Source of the DNA: Schmidtea polychroa
Taxonomy: Eukaryota
NCBI GenBank assembly: GCA_044892525.1
Contig: CM097885.1
Coordinates: 47,183,727 to 47,247,726 of the forward strand
Length of the DNA stretch: 64,000 nucleotides
Direction of reading: 5' to 3'
Part shown: one piece after another, positions 1 through 10,488 of the stretch
How positions within the stretch are numbered: the stretch's first letter is position 1
How the letters are laid out: every line of letters starts with the position of its first letter
Position numbers and translations under genes: made by a program
Notes under the pieces: generated by a model
Seen by the model: the letters and a program-made list of their open reading frames with translations, nothing else
The model's database searches: none
Told to the model about the DNA's origin: nothing

Positions 1-728
1 AAGGGCCATAACTGCTAAAATATTTCAAAGTTCAATTATAACTCTAAATTTAAGGAAATACAGGAATAAAAACGAGCACAACCTTGCCAAATTTTTCAAA
101 AATCAATTTTAAACTTTGAATTTCAAGGAATGTGTGAATAACATAAGGCTGTCTAAAAATGCTGGGGGTCAATTGTAACTTTGATTGTAAGGAAATAATT
201 GTATACAAAAATGGGTAGATAGTCCCACAATGTTTAATGAGTAATTATTTTATAAAATAAATAATTTTAACACGTACCTGATTTGGAAGTAGTGTAGCAA
301 AGGAGGTTAAGACGATTTTCTCCTAAGAAGTAAAACTCCGAGTATAGATTGTTGATAAAACAGTTAATACTTAACAATAATCGATAACTATTTAAGGAAT
401 GGTGGAAATGTTTGCTTTATATTACATTCGATTATATAACCCTATTTCATATTGTTGTAAGTTGGGATGTATAGTGTAAGAATGCAAGAATTGAATTAAT
501 AATGGTAGTAGCTCAAAGGTGTACGTCAACCAAGGAGGGCAGATCCCGTAAACTATTCCAAGCCATCAATCTTAACTTGCAAACTAAGGGGATATGCGAA
601 TTATTATTTTGTTGTAGATTGTGGAATCCTAATTTTGCTTTTACTTAATTCTTTCGGTCAGTGAGTTTGCTTATCATCTGACCACTTTAGCAGATAAAGC
701 CTTTGAAGTTAAACCAGACCAAGCAGAT

Positions 729-2573
729 ATGGCCAAGCAGGTTAAAGAGCTGTTAGAAGATCAGTTTATAACCGGAGTCCACTCCGAAATTAAAAAGGCC
801 CTATGTTATGTGGATTTTTCCAATTTCGATGAGCTCGTGAAGAAAGCCATGAAGATAGAGCTGAATTTAAAAAGTGCAAAAAGATCAGATGCTTTTGGAG
901 TTAATGTGGAGAGACGTGAGCGGTTAATTACGCCTGTGAGAGCACCATGGGATGAAAAGAAAATAAATCAAATCAGTAGTCCAATTTTAAGACCAAATAA
1001 TAGATTTCAAGCTAGTAGATCAGCCATGAACGTACAATCAAATGGACAGGTAAATAATCCTCAATGCGAACATTCCAAAAAGTCTGGACACTACTCAAAT
1101 CAATGTTGGTTCAAATATGGGAAAAATCCCAGCCCTAACAAGAGATTCACAGAAAACAAACGGATCAGCAGTGATGTCGAATGCTATCGATGCGGAAAGA
1201 AAGGGCATATTAGCAGAAACTGTTTCACCAGATCAAGATCATCGTCAACGTCACCTTCACCACAAAGGGACAAAGTGAATACAAATGGACAGATACAATG
1301 TCATTCGTGCAAGGGATACGGCCACATGGCGCGATCATGCCCAAGGAACTCAGAGAGATTCAGCAGACCTATATTAAAGAAATCGATCAGATTCCAAGAA
1401 GATATGCCAAACACCAGTAATATGACATATGCTCAGAGAGAGGAATTTCAAGACAAAATGGAAAAGGAATTTCGAGAAATGCGACAGAAGCTGAACAAAT
1501 TAGTGGCGAAATTTGAATCAGATGAGGAAACTGAATCTCATATGATAATTGGAACCGTGTCAGAAGGTGAGGGAAAACCTGCCACGAAAGTGCGAAAGAT
1601 CGCATCAGATGACAATCCGACTGCACTGTTAGCCCGAGTTGAAAAATGGCTTGAGAAAATGGAAACTGACAACTCCCAGTTGAAACGATGGATCGCAGAA
1701 CTCAGTGTGATGTCACTAACCCAAAGCGAACTAAAGAGAGCCATAAATTTATGTGTAAAGTTATTCAAAGGAAACAGAGACGATGAGATACTTAAGCAAA
1801 TGCAAAAGTTTGGCAAGGCTTTACGGTCAACAAGGGATTTAGCTGATATCATAGTGGAAACGACGGGACTTGATAATGTGAAGTGCCAATTCCGTGTAAA
1901 TGCCTACGGACAAATCAGAGAGCTAAAGGAGCGAATACTGCGTCAATACAGCGGATGGCAAGCGCAATTAAAATTTGAGAATCGATGTCTGGAAGACGAG
2001 GAGTACTTAGTAGATTGCGGTCTGATACCAGGCTGGAAAAATAAAGTAAATGTTGGTAATGCTGTTAATACTTTGAATTCAGACAGACAAAATTGGGAAA
2101 AGATTCTAGCAGATTTACAAGATACCCTGTATGCAGGGAATAGAGATAAAATTAATGCGAGTATCGACTTCATAATGAGCATCGAAATGGATCGAGACAT
2201 GAAAGAAGGGTTGTTTGAATGCATCGTACAGTATACGAATAAACTGACAAGTTATCAGGCAAAGTTAAAAGAGGTAATCAGAAAACTAGGACATGATTAT
2301 GAGGCGGCAGACGATAGTGCGAAGTCTTTGATAATAGCGTTAAATATTGCGGATCAAAGGATTGAATATTATCAGGAACATTGGAGTGTAAAAGCAAAGA
2401 AAATACGACAAAAAGCAGCGGAGATATTAGGTAATGAAGGAATTATCGTGTTGACGTTCAAAGGACGAGAATTAGATGATGACGAATATTTGCTAAATTA
2501 CGGATGTAACCCAAACTGTATTAATAATGTGTACGCAACAAACAAAGCGATGAAATGGAAAAAGATGCAGTAA
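729..2573 (+). CDS. gag: Gag C-terminal capsid/nucleocapsid region fused to two ubiquitin-like domains
   Basis: Frame is open upstream to about 654 with a Gag motif (SVSEFAYHLTTLADKAF...DQFITGV...FDELVKKA). Knuckles CEHSKKSGHYSNQC (degenerate), CYRCGKKGHISRNC and CHSCKGYGHMARSC. Ubiquitin-like segments IRELKERI...QLKFENRCLEDEEYLVDCGL (about 1845-2060) and LTFKGRELDDDEYLLNYGC (about 2330-2540). Confidence 0.85.
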   Translation: MAKQVKELLEDQFITGVHSEIKKALCYVDFSNFDELVKKAMKIELNLKSAKRSDAFGVNVERRERLITPVRAPWDEKKINQISSPILRPNNRFQASRSAMNVQSNGQVNNPQCEHSKKSGHYSNQCWFKYGKNPSPNKRFTENKRISSDVECYRCGKKGHISRNCFTRSRSSSTSPSPQRDKVNTNGQIQCHSCKGYGHMARSCPRNSERFSRPILKKSIRFQEDMPNTSNMTYAQREEFQDKMEKEFREMRQKLNKLVAKFESDEETESHMIIGTVSEGEGKPATKVRKIASDDNPTALLARVEKWLEKMETDNSQLKRWIAELSVMSLTQSELKRAINLCVKLFKGNRDDEILKQMQKFGKALRSTRDLADIIVETTGLDNVKCQFRVNAYGQIRELKERILRQYSGWQAQLKFENRCLEDEEYLVDCGLIPGWKNKVNVGNAVNTLNSDRQNWEKILADLQDTLYAGNRDKINASIDFIMSIEMDRDMKEGLFECIVQYTNKLTSYQAKLKEVIRKLGHDYEAADDSAKSLIIALNIADQRIEYYQEHWSVKAKKIRQKAAEILGNEGIIVLTFKGRELDDDEYLLNYGCNPNCINNVYATNKAMKWKKMQ

Positions 2574-3367
2574 TAGTACCGTTTTGGCCTCCGTATGAGG
2601 AAACGGATAATGATAATGTAGAGATTAAAACTGAAGTTGTAGATGACCCAGGAGAATTTGATCAAGAAATTAATGAATTGCAGAGATTAGAAACAATGGA
2701 AAATGAGGAAATGGGATCGGAAAATGAAGTTACAAGGGATATCGAGGAAATGAGCACCGATAATAGGGTACTACCGAGCATAGATGAGATGAAAAGTGAA
2801 GAGAACTTCGTTGAAACGAAAAATGACATCGCGATATGTCGGAAAAAACAGAATGATGCGGAAATTGAATCTTTGAGTTTAGATGAATCAAGCGAAACTG
2901 AGAGTTTAGATGAATCAAGCGAAACTGAGCGAATATTAAAAAGTTTAGTTACGGAATTGTACTTGTTAGATGAAACTGAAACAGAAGGAGATGATACGTC
3001 AGAGGAGGAGAAAAGAGTTGTAAAGAGATTGGCAACGGAATTAAAGAGGAGATTACCGTCGTTAATTAAAAGAAATTATGAAGAAAAGGAATTTTGTGAG
3101 GAAGCAGTAATTGAGGATCTAACACGAGCCGAGTTGGATCGAGATGTAATATTGACAGTGCTAGCCTATATAATATTGGAGATTGGTATTTATGGTTGTC
3201 TGGAAAGTGACAATTCAAAATCATTGATAAAGAAAGCTACTGAAATGACGAATAAATATTTGACTAAGTGGATCGCAAGCAATGGCGGATGGGAAAAGTT
3301 GATACAAAAGGCTGGGAGCCCAAAAACAGAGACAGTAAGGAAAAAGGGAAAACTCGCATTTCCATGA
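2555..3367 (+). CDS. Acidic linker followed by a divergent Bcl-2-like domain
   Basis: Glu/Asp-rich N-terminal half with a 27-bp duplication (SLDESSETE twice). Helical C-terminal half ending in a BH2-like motif YLTKWIASNGGWEKL (W...GGW at 3269-3292), then a basic stretch and, across an in-frame TGA, a hydrophobic segment. The BH1 NWGR motif is not conserved. Confidence 0.6.
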   Translation: MEKDAVIVPFWPPYEETDNDNVEIKTEVVDDPGEFDQEINELQRLETMENEEMGSENEVTRDIEEMSTDNRVLPSIDEMKSEENFVETKNDIAICRKKQNDAEIESLSLDESSETESLDESSETERILKSLVTELYLLDETETEGDDTSEEEKRVVKRLATELKRRLPSLIKRNYEEKEFCEEAVIEDLTRAELDRDVILTVLAYIILEIGIYGCLESDNSKSLIKKATEMTNKYLTKWIASNGGWEKLIQKAGSPKTETVRKKGKLAFP

Positions 3368-5230
3368 TTGATGATTTCTATTATTATGTTATTGGGAATA
3401 ATAAACACGACGAATTCATTGGTGGCATACGACTGCTCCCAAACCGAAATGGGAAGAGTATATTCGTTGGTAAACGTAGCAGAGTGTTCGGATGCATATC
3501 CAGTAAAATTTAAAGTGACAAATCCAGTAAAATATCATGTATATCAAGAATCGGGGTTTCGACAAGCAAAGGTGAGAGAGTGTACAGTGAAACGAACTAC
3601 TTTTGTATTTTTATTGTGGAAAATGGAGCCACTCATCGATGGTGAAAATGCAATCGATACCTAGACCGATAGAAATAATTCCAGAGAATTGTTTGGCAGC
3701 CTTTCAAACAGGACAGTTGAAAATCAATGCAGATATTAAACTACAAGCAAAGCTTAACCACAAATTCCGTGAGACTGTAACCGTGCGAGGGATAATAAAG
3801 TCGAATGGTGATTGCCAAGGTGAGCCATACAAAGTAGACGATGCTATAATTGACAAAGCCGTGGTTGTCGAAGAGTACATGTCAGAATTAAGAGAATTTG
3901 ATGGATCATTTGATGATGATACTGCTAAACTACAAACACATCCATTCTGCAACATGAAACAATCTAGCTGTCAAACAGGAGAATCAATCTTGGTGTACGA
4001 TGTCGATACCAAAAAGTGCAATTTAGTGCAATTGAAGTCAATGAGTTTTAAAGAAATAACGGGAGAACAGATTAGGGAAAAGCCTGAGAAAATAAGAATG
4101 GATCCAGCAACGAGTACAACAACAAGAATCACACCTCTACGGATGAAAGATACTCCAACAGTGTTAATGTCAACCTCGGAGGAAGATGGGATGCGATTCC
4201 TTAGAAAAGAAACTAAAACAAAGTGTGGAGAAAATGTCTATGAGACAAATTATAAAGGTATATATGTCTCTCAGAAGATGATTACAGAGGCCCAAACAAA
4301 CATACATGCCGGAGATATTAAGTTGACAAATTACTTTAATAACAAAATAGATTATTTATTTCACTTTGGTCAAAATACTGTTGAAAATGTGTACCGAGAA
4401 GTTATTATAAATGATTGCAATCTCAACAAAGAAATACTCCGAAATCGGATTGCAATGGCTATAACCAATCCTAATTTGGTAGCACCAATGTTAATTGCAG
4501 AAAATGGGGTGTTTGCCAGAATTTTCGGTGAAGCACTATATAGCTATAAATGTAAAGCGGTACCAGTTAAACTGACAAAGTATGACCAATGCACCAACGA
4601 GTTACCAGTAAATTTAAACGGAAAGTTGCGATTTATGGAGCCTGTAACACGAATCTTACTGGAAGAAGACGTGAAACCGAAAGTATTACAGTGCAATAGA
4701 TTGTTGGCATCACTATACAGACTAATACCAGAATCTTGGATTGCATTACCAGATCATCGAGAAGTAAAGACACCGGAAAACTTAGAATTGACAGAGTTAC
4801 AATATCTGGTAAATTTTACGTCGTTAGAAAAATTGTCGCAAAGTGGAATTTACTCGAGCGAAGACATTGAGGAAGCTCGCAGAAACTTGTTATTTCCATC
4901 AAAGAAAGAAAGAGTAATAATGGAAATGGTAGATACAATTCTCCCAAGCGGAAGTGGGAAGGTAAATTACGAGTATTTGTTAACTCCAGATCACTACAAG
5001 AAAGCGACGTATAATACAATGAAAAAGATCTGGGGAAAGTTTGTGTTCATTGGACAAGCGTGTGCCGGATTGATTGGAATTTATGTAATATGTGTTGTAA
5101 TCAAAGTAATAATATTGCAGGTCCTGTCAACACACAGATTATACGCGATCACAGGTTGGTCGTGGAAACTAGTAATTGGTTGCATACCATTATTGGCTAG
5201 ATTCTTCATTACTCATCATCAATATCAGGA
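3368..5230 (+). CDS. env: Chuvirus-like (class III fusogen) envelope glycoprotein, with a +1 frameshift at about 3610
   Basis: Signal-like LMISIIMLLGIINTTNS, then LVAYDCS...YSLVNVAEC...RECTVKRTTFVF-YCGKWSHSS...NGDCQG, matching the cysteine pattern of chuvirus-type G proteins. Removing one T from the T5 run at 3608-3612 joins the 3368 and 3603 ORFs. C-terminal hydrophobic segments at about 5040-5210. Confidence 0.8.
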
Positions 5231-5639
5231 GTTGGAGATACTCAAGGCGCGAATATTAAAGAAGAAAAAGGTGAGCTACGCTAGTACTACCCCTTCAAGG
5301 GACGAGAATAATGACAATGACAACGAGGGTGATAGTGCACCGTTATATGTTGACAATCAAGAAATAAGTGGAATGAATAAAGAAGCGTTAAGAACCTATC
5401 AAATCTTAAAAGAGCCACTGTTCAATGCGAGTAGCGTAGACACGTTTACAAAATTGTGTATACCAAAATCATTTATCCAGCCAGCACCAGTGTATCCAGT
5501 TGATCGATTACGAGAGATGAAACCAGTGGAAAATATCGCATTACAATGTGAAGGAATGGTAGGAGAGAGAATCGAGCCTTCTAGCGCAGAGATCGAGAGA
5601 AAAAATATGTTAGGCTTACCATGCAACTACTCAATGATG

Positions 5640-7748
5640 ACATTAACAAAAAGAGGAAAGCAACCCCGAATATTTATACAAATGAACAAACATAAAGTGG
5701 AAGCTTTGGTTGATTCGAGATCTAGTCACACAATAATATCGGAAAATGTATTAAACGCGAAGGAGAAAATGCGAATAAAGCCTACCGACGAAATAGTGAG
5801 GTCATTATCAAAAAATGAATTAAACATAATTGGACAACTTAACGTCATATTCCATATTGGAGACCGAATAATAGCGCACGATGCGCTCATAATGAAAGGA
5901 AGTCCAGTACGATGTCTGATCGGCATGGATATATTAGAGCAGCTGGACGGAGTCTCACTTGATTTAAAGACAGGTAATTTGATAGCAGGAGAAACAGGAG
6001 AAATAATTCACAGGGCAGGTGAAGTGTTTGTGAATCAGACATTGACAATACCACCACAATCGGAGATGGTATATTGTGCAAACACCATGAGTGTGGATAA
6101 TGGTGATTTTATATTCGAACCAAATCAAACGCTAGTCGAAAAATATGATTTACCGATATGTGACGAAATTGTCAAAGTGGAAAATCAGATAGTATCAGTC
6201 CATATAACGAATGGGAGTAAGAAACCGGTTCAGTTACACCCAAAAACAAAATTGGGAAAATTATCAAAAATGTCTATTGAAACAAATTGTAAAATACCAA
6301 GAAACGTCAAGGTGTATAAGGAGCCTGAAGTGGTAAGCAACGAGATGCAGAAAAAGGAATTCACAAAACTGTTGAGAAAATACCGAGATATCTTTGCCAA
6401 ACACGAATATGATTTAGGTTTAACCAATGTAATTGAGCATGAAATACCGTTATTAGACGAAACTCCAATAAAAATAAAGCCATACAGAATCCCCTACGTT
6501 CATCAAGATGAAAGTGATAGACAGATTACAGCAATGAAAGAATTTGGAATAATTCGAGATAGTGCGTCACCATTCTCCTCATCAATAGTGACAGTTAAGA
6601 AAAAAGATGGAGACTTACGATTTTGCGTAGATTATCGGAAGCTAAATCAAGTTACGAGGAAAGACACTTATCCAATTCCGGTAACCCAAGAAATGTTTGA
6701 TCAAATGGGAGAGGCACGATATTTCACTGTTATTGATTTAAACAAAGGGTACAATCAATTTAGAGTAAAAGAGGAAGATAGAGGAAAGACGGCGTTCTCG
6801 GATGGCAAAGGACTGTATGAGTTCAATGTGTTACCATTTGGATTAACAGGAGCCCCAGCTACATTCCAACGAGGAATGAATTATGTGTTACGAGGTATTC
6901 GACATGCATTGGTATATATCGACGATATAATAACATTTTCAAATGATTTCGAAGAACACCTGAAAGATGTAGAAACTGTATTTAAACGGCTCAAAAGTGC
7001 AAAATTAAAAATCAAACCATCGAAATGTGAATGGGGCAAAGCAGAAGTGATTTATATAGGACATATAATATCATGGTGAGGGTTACAAACAAATCCAGAT
7101 AACATCAAAAAAGTGGAAGAGTACCCAGTACCAAAAGATGCCGATGAGGTTAGACAATTTTTAGGTTTGGCGAGCTATTACAGAAAATTTATAAAAGATT
7201 TCTCTCATATCGCACAACCATTGAATACGTTACTAAAGAAAAACAATAAATTTATTTGGGGACAAATGCAACAAAACGCTTTCAATACATTGAAAGAGAA
7301 ATTAGTGACAACTCCTATATTAAGATGTCCAGATTTTACAAAACAATTTATCTTGATGACGGATGCAAGCAACGTTGCATTGGGTCCGGTGTTGGGACAA
7401 AAATTTGAAGGTGAAAAGGACCACGTAATAGCATACGCAAGCCGATCACTGAGGCCTCACGAGAAAAACTACTCAACGATTGAAAAGGAAACGTTAGCGT
7501 TAGTGTATGGAATTACTACTTTTAGACAATATTTATTGGGCAGAAAATTTACTGTTTATACAGATCATAATCCATTACAGTGGTTAATGAAACACAGAGA
7601 TTCAGCCAGTATGTTAATACGATGGTCGATTGCCCTCCAAGAATACGACTTTGAGATTAAATATCGGACAGGTAAAGCTAACGCGAATGCAGATGCAATG
7701 TATGGAATCCCAGAAAGTGATATGTCATATCGGAAGTTTCTGTGGTGA
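5640..7748 (+). pseudogene. pol: pol: aspartic protease, reverse transcriptase and RNase H, in frame with env; no integrase seen
   Basis: ALVDSRSS (catalytic DSG mutated to DSR at 5712-5720); RT motifs LRFCVDYRKLN, LPFGLTGAPATFQR and YIDD (6915-6926); in-frame TGA at 7077-7079; RNase H motifs TDAS, EKE, TDH and NANADA. Confidence 0.92.
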
Positions 7749-8019
7749 ACTGGCGGCAATTATTATCATAAGATATACACAGCAACATATTGATAATATT
7801 TAATAATAACAAAATAATCATTTACGATCTGATCTCATTTTATTAGTTCTCTGGTGTTCAGGGGTGAAATCATTAGATAAAATTTTATTAATTAATTGTG
7901 GCAATAAGGATGTTATCAGTTTTCTGATTGAGAACCAAGGATATCAATCATATGGTTTGACTATCAGACCGCTTTTTATCAGTTACTGTCTAAATTAGAA
8001 TAATTGATTAATGAGATGT

Positions 8020-8029
8020 TAATAATAAT

Positions 8030-8078
<49 letters not shown>

Positions 8079-8089
8079 GTAATAATAAT

Positions 8090-8121
<32 letters not shown>

Positions 8122-8140
8122 TAATAATAATAAATAATAA
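8020..8140. repeat. (AAT)n/(AGA)n microsatellite
   Basis: Visible directly in the sequence. Confidence 0.95.
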
Positions 8141-8194
8141 TGGCGAATAATAGAAAAAAAAATTTTGAACAATAATAATAGTAATTAAAATAAT

Positions 8195-8432
8195 AAATAA
8201 TAATGGCATTTTCAAACAAAATTATAATAGTAATTGAAATAATAATAATAAATAATAATGGCATTTTCAAACAAAATTATTAACACCTTTATGTATTCCG
8301 GCATTTTCAAACAAAATTATAATAGTAATTGAAATAATAATAATAAATAATAATGGCATTTTCAAACAAAATTATTAACACCTTTATTTATTCCGGCATT
8401 TCAAACAAAACTATTAACACCTTTATGTATTC
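8195..8432. repeat. Compound tandem repeats (ggcattttcaaacaaaattat and acacctttatgtattcc units)
   Basis: Several near-identical short units recur; one copies the donor end of the adjacent RRM-like fragment. Confidence 0.85.
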
Positions 8433-8502
8433 CAGTGACTTTGTCTCGAAGTATAGAAAACGCATAAATCTGTCTATACTTTTCAAACATTTCTATAATT
8501 TC
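8421..8502 (-). pseudogene. CELF/Bruno-like RRM1 exon-like fragment
   Basis: Minus strand reads cag|EIIEMFEKYRQIYAFSILRDKVTGIHKG|gt, resembling the CELF RRM1 segment FEEFGKIYELTVLKDxxTGMHKG; the conserved Gly appears as Arg. Confidence 0.55.
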
Positions 8503-9451
8503 CTGGAATTCATTCAAACAAACAATATCGATTAAATTATCCCACAAGAAAATCTACCAATAAATTCTCAAGGAATCATCTCAAATGTCGCCCGCGTGTC
8601 AACATGCAACAACGATCTCACGTAGAATTGCTGGGATCTGACACACACCACAAGCACCTGGACAAGTGTGCGACTGCAGGAACATGTGTTTTAGGAATAT
8701 TAGAACTCCGACTTCTGTCTCTCATTGATTTCTCAACAGTAACTGCTTTCCCATCTGTATTCTCAATTCCCTGAATGTCTGCTATGATAAGATTTCGAGT
8801 CTAGTATTTACTATATGGGAAATTGTTAGTCGTGGGTGAAATCTACAATTACTGAATTTAATTTATCCATTAAAATTTATATAAAAAATAATTAGACAAA
8901 GTAATACTATAAAGTAATAGTAGATCTTGGATTATATATAAATTTTATTTTTTGTCAAGATAATAAATTCAATCAAAGATAATAAATTCAAAAACTTTCA
9001 TTTTAAGACCATTGTTTCTGACTGCGATAAGCATGACTGGTGGTAATTGACACGTTTATACAAGAAAGAAAATAAAATCGTGAGTCATATTTTGGAAATT
9101 TTTGTAAATGACATGGGCATTTTGATTCCAGCCCGACAAAGGAGCATTATCGAATTCGTACTGACATGAACTGAGTTTTCAGGCAAACAAAATTTACTCA
9201 GATTACGTCATAATTTTAAGTTCTTTTATTAAGTAACATTCAGAACATTCAAAGAAAGCCTTTGTGGTAAAGACATTGGGAATTTAAAATTATTTTGAGG
9301 CTACAAAATATTTCTCCACCATCATTCATAAGATAGAAATTAAATTTTATAACACTTACTCCATAATATCATAATAAAAAACTTATTTCATCAAATACAG
9401 ATTAAATTTTACACATCATAACATAGATTTCGAGGACGAAAAATTTTTTTT

Positions 9452-9462
9452 AAGGGGGGAGA
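9452..9462 (+). other. Polypurine tract
   Basis: aaggggggaga, preceded by tcgaggacgaaa...ttttt and lying 2 nt before the TG start of the LTR, as in Ty3/Gypsy 3' ends. Confidence 0.85.
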
Positions 9463-9464
9463 TA

Positions 9465-10488
9465 TGTTGAGGTCTGTAAATTAAAATTAAAAAGTTAAAT
9501 AAAATTTAGGATAATAATTCAAATAGAAAGTAAGCGAAGAAAAAAGACAAATAAAAGCGGGATCGTGCACAGAATCAATAGTAAAGGAAAGTGTGATAGA
9601 AACAGTATTAGAAAATGCCAAAAGCAATTACGAAAGGCAAGAATCCGGAAACCCGAGAAAAATCAATAAATGGAAAAATCATCGAAATCGAATGGGAAAA
9701 ACGGGACAGGTATAGATTAGCTAATGGTCAACAAGATGATGGTTCGGGATTTATCAGAAAATGGTTAGGAAGGGTCGAAAAACATTCAAATGTATGAAAA
9801 CAGAAAACGTTAATTAATTAATTAATTAGCTAATGGAAAACCCGAGCTAATGGAGAACCCGAGAGATAAAGGAAACCCGAGCTGGGTAAACAAGAAGAAA
9901 AGCAAACAAAAGGAAGATTTGGGCCCATTAGCTTGACACAATGATTAATGGGAAAAGAGTAAGGAGAAGATAGAGCGCGTAGGAAGACCGGTAGGGCCAT
10001 TAATTATCTGGATTCGTTGGACCATTATGGGTGACAGCCGAAGCAAATACGTAGGAGCAAATGTCAAACGAAGTAGGAGGAGTATATAAGCAAAAAGGAA
10101 AATCAGCAAAGGGAAAATCAGAGAAAATCGGCATTTTGCCTCAGCTAGGGTTCGAAGAATTAGACTGTAGGAAAAGCTGGTAGACGAATTAGGAAAAGTA
10201 GGGAAAAGAAGAAATAGAATTAAGAGTACGGAAAGGTGAAAAGGAATCAAACCAAACAGAAACCGAGGAAAACGTGAATTGAGAGAATCTAAAGGACTAA
10301 AAGGTGAATATTATTTGTTTGCAAAGCATCAACGCCGAGCGGAGAATCGTATAAAACTTTGATTGGTAATTGTAGCGGGATAATAAATTGTGAACCTGTT
10401 GTTTCAATATACGTTGGGTCGTTCATTGTTTGATTTAAAGAACACAGGAGTCAGAGAGAACCGACTTGAAATAATCCAAAACCCAACA
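9465..10488 (+). repeat. 3' LTR (1024 bp)
   Basis: Begins TGTTGAGG and ends ACCCAACA (inverted TGTTG/CAACA). TATA-like tatataag at about 10083, AATAAA at 10382-10387, internal aacccgag repeats at about 9838-9882. Confidence 0.8.

Larger units (their letters stand above)
654..10488 (+). mobile_element. Ty3/Gypsy-type LTR retroelement with an envelope and accessory domains between gag and pol; 5'-truncated, no visible integrase, decaying
   Basis: Gag motifs and CCHC knuckles, aspartic protease, YIDD RT and Ty3/Gypsy-type RNase H in PR-RT-RH order, then a PPT and a TGTTG...CAACA LTR. That the LTR belongs to this coding region is inferred from orientation and position. Confidence 0.85.

Noticed and set aside
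1..653. Possible 5' LTR or leader of the retroelement
   Set aside because: No visible similarity to the 9465-10488 LTR and no PBS; it abuts the middle of gag, so it is probably unrelated sequence.
3365..7079. Two in-frame TGA codons suggesting a TGA=Trp genetic code
   Set aside because: The host DYRK gene ends at TGA and TGG is used for Trp; ordinary decay or local readthrough is enough to explain them.
1387..7759. Short antisense ORFs over gag, env and pol
   Set aside because: Shadows of the sense coding frames with no recognisable motifs.
7979..8270. Poly-Ile/Tyr/Ser ORFs, also at 38868, 53030, 55808, 57740 and 61805
   Set aside because: Translation artefacts of AAT, TA and TTC microsatellites.
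8195..8432. Repeat array resembling a CRISPR
   Set aside because: The intervening sequences are themselves repeated, there are no cas genes, and the context is eukaryotic.
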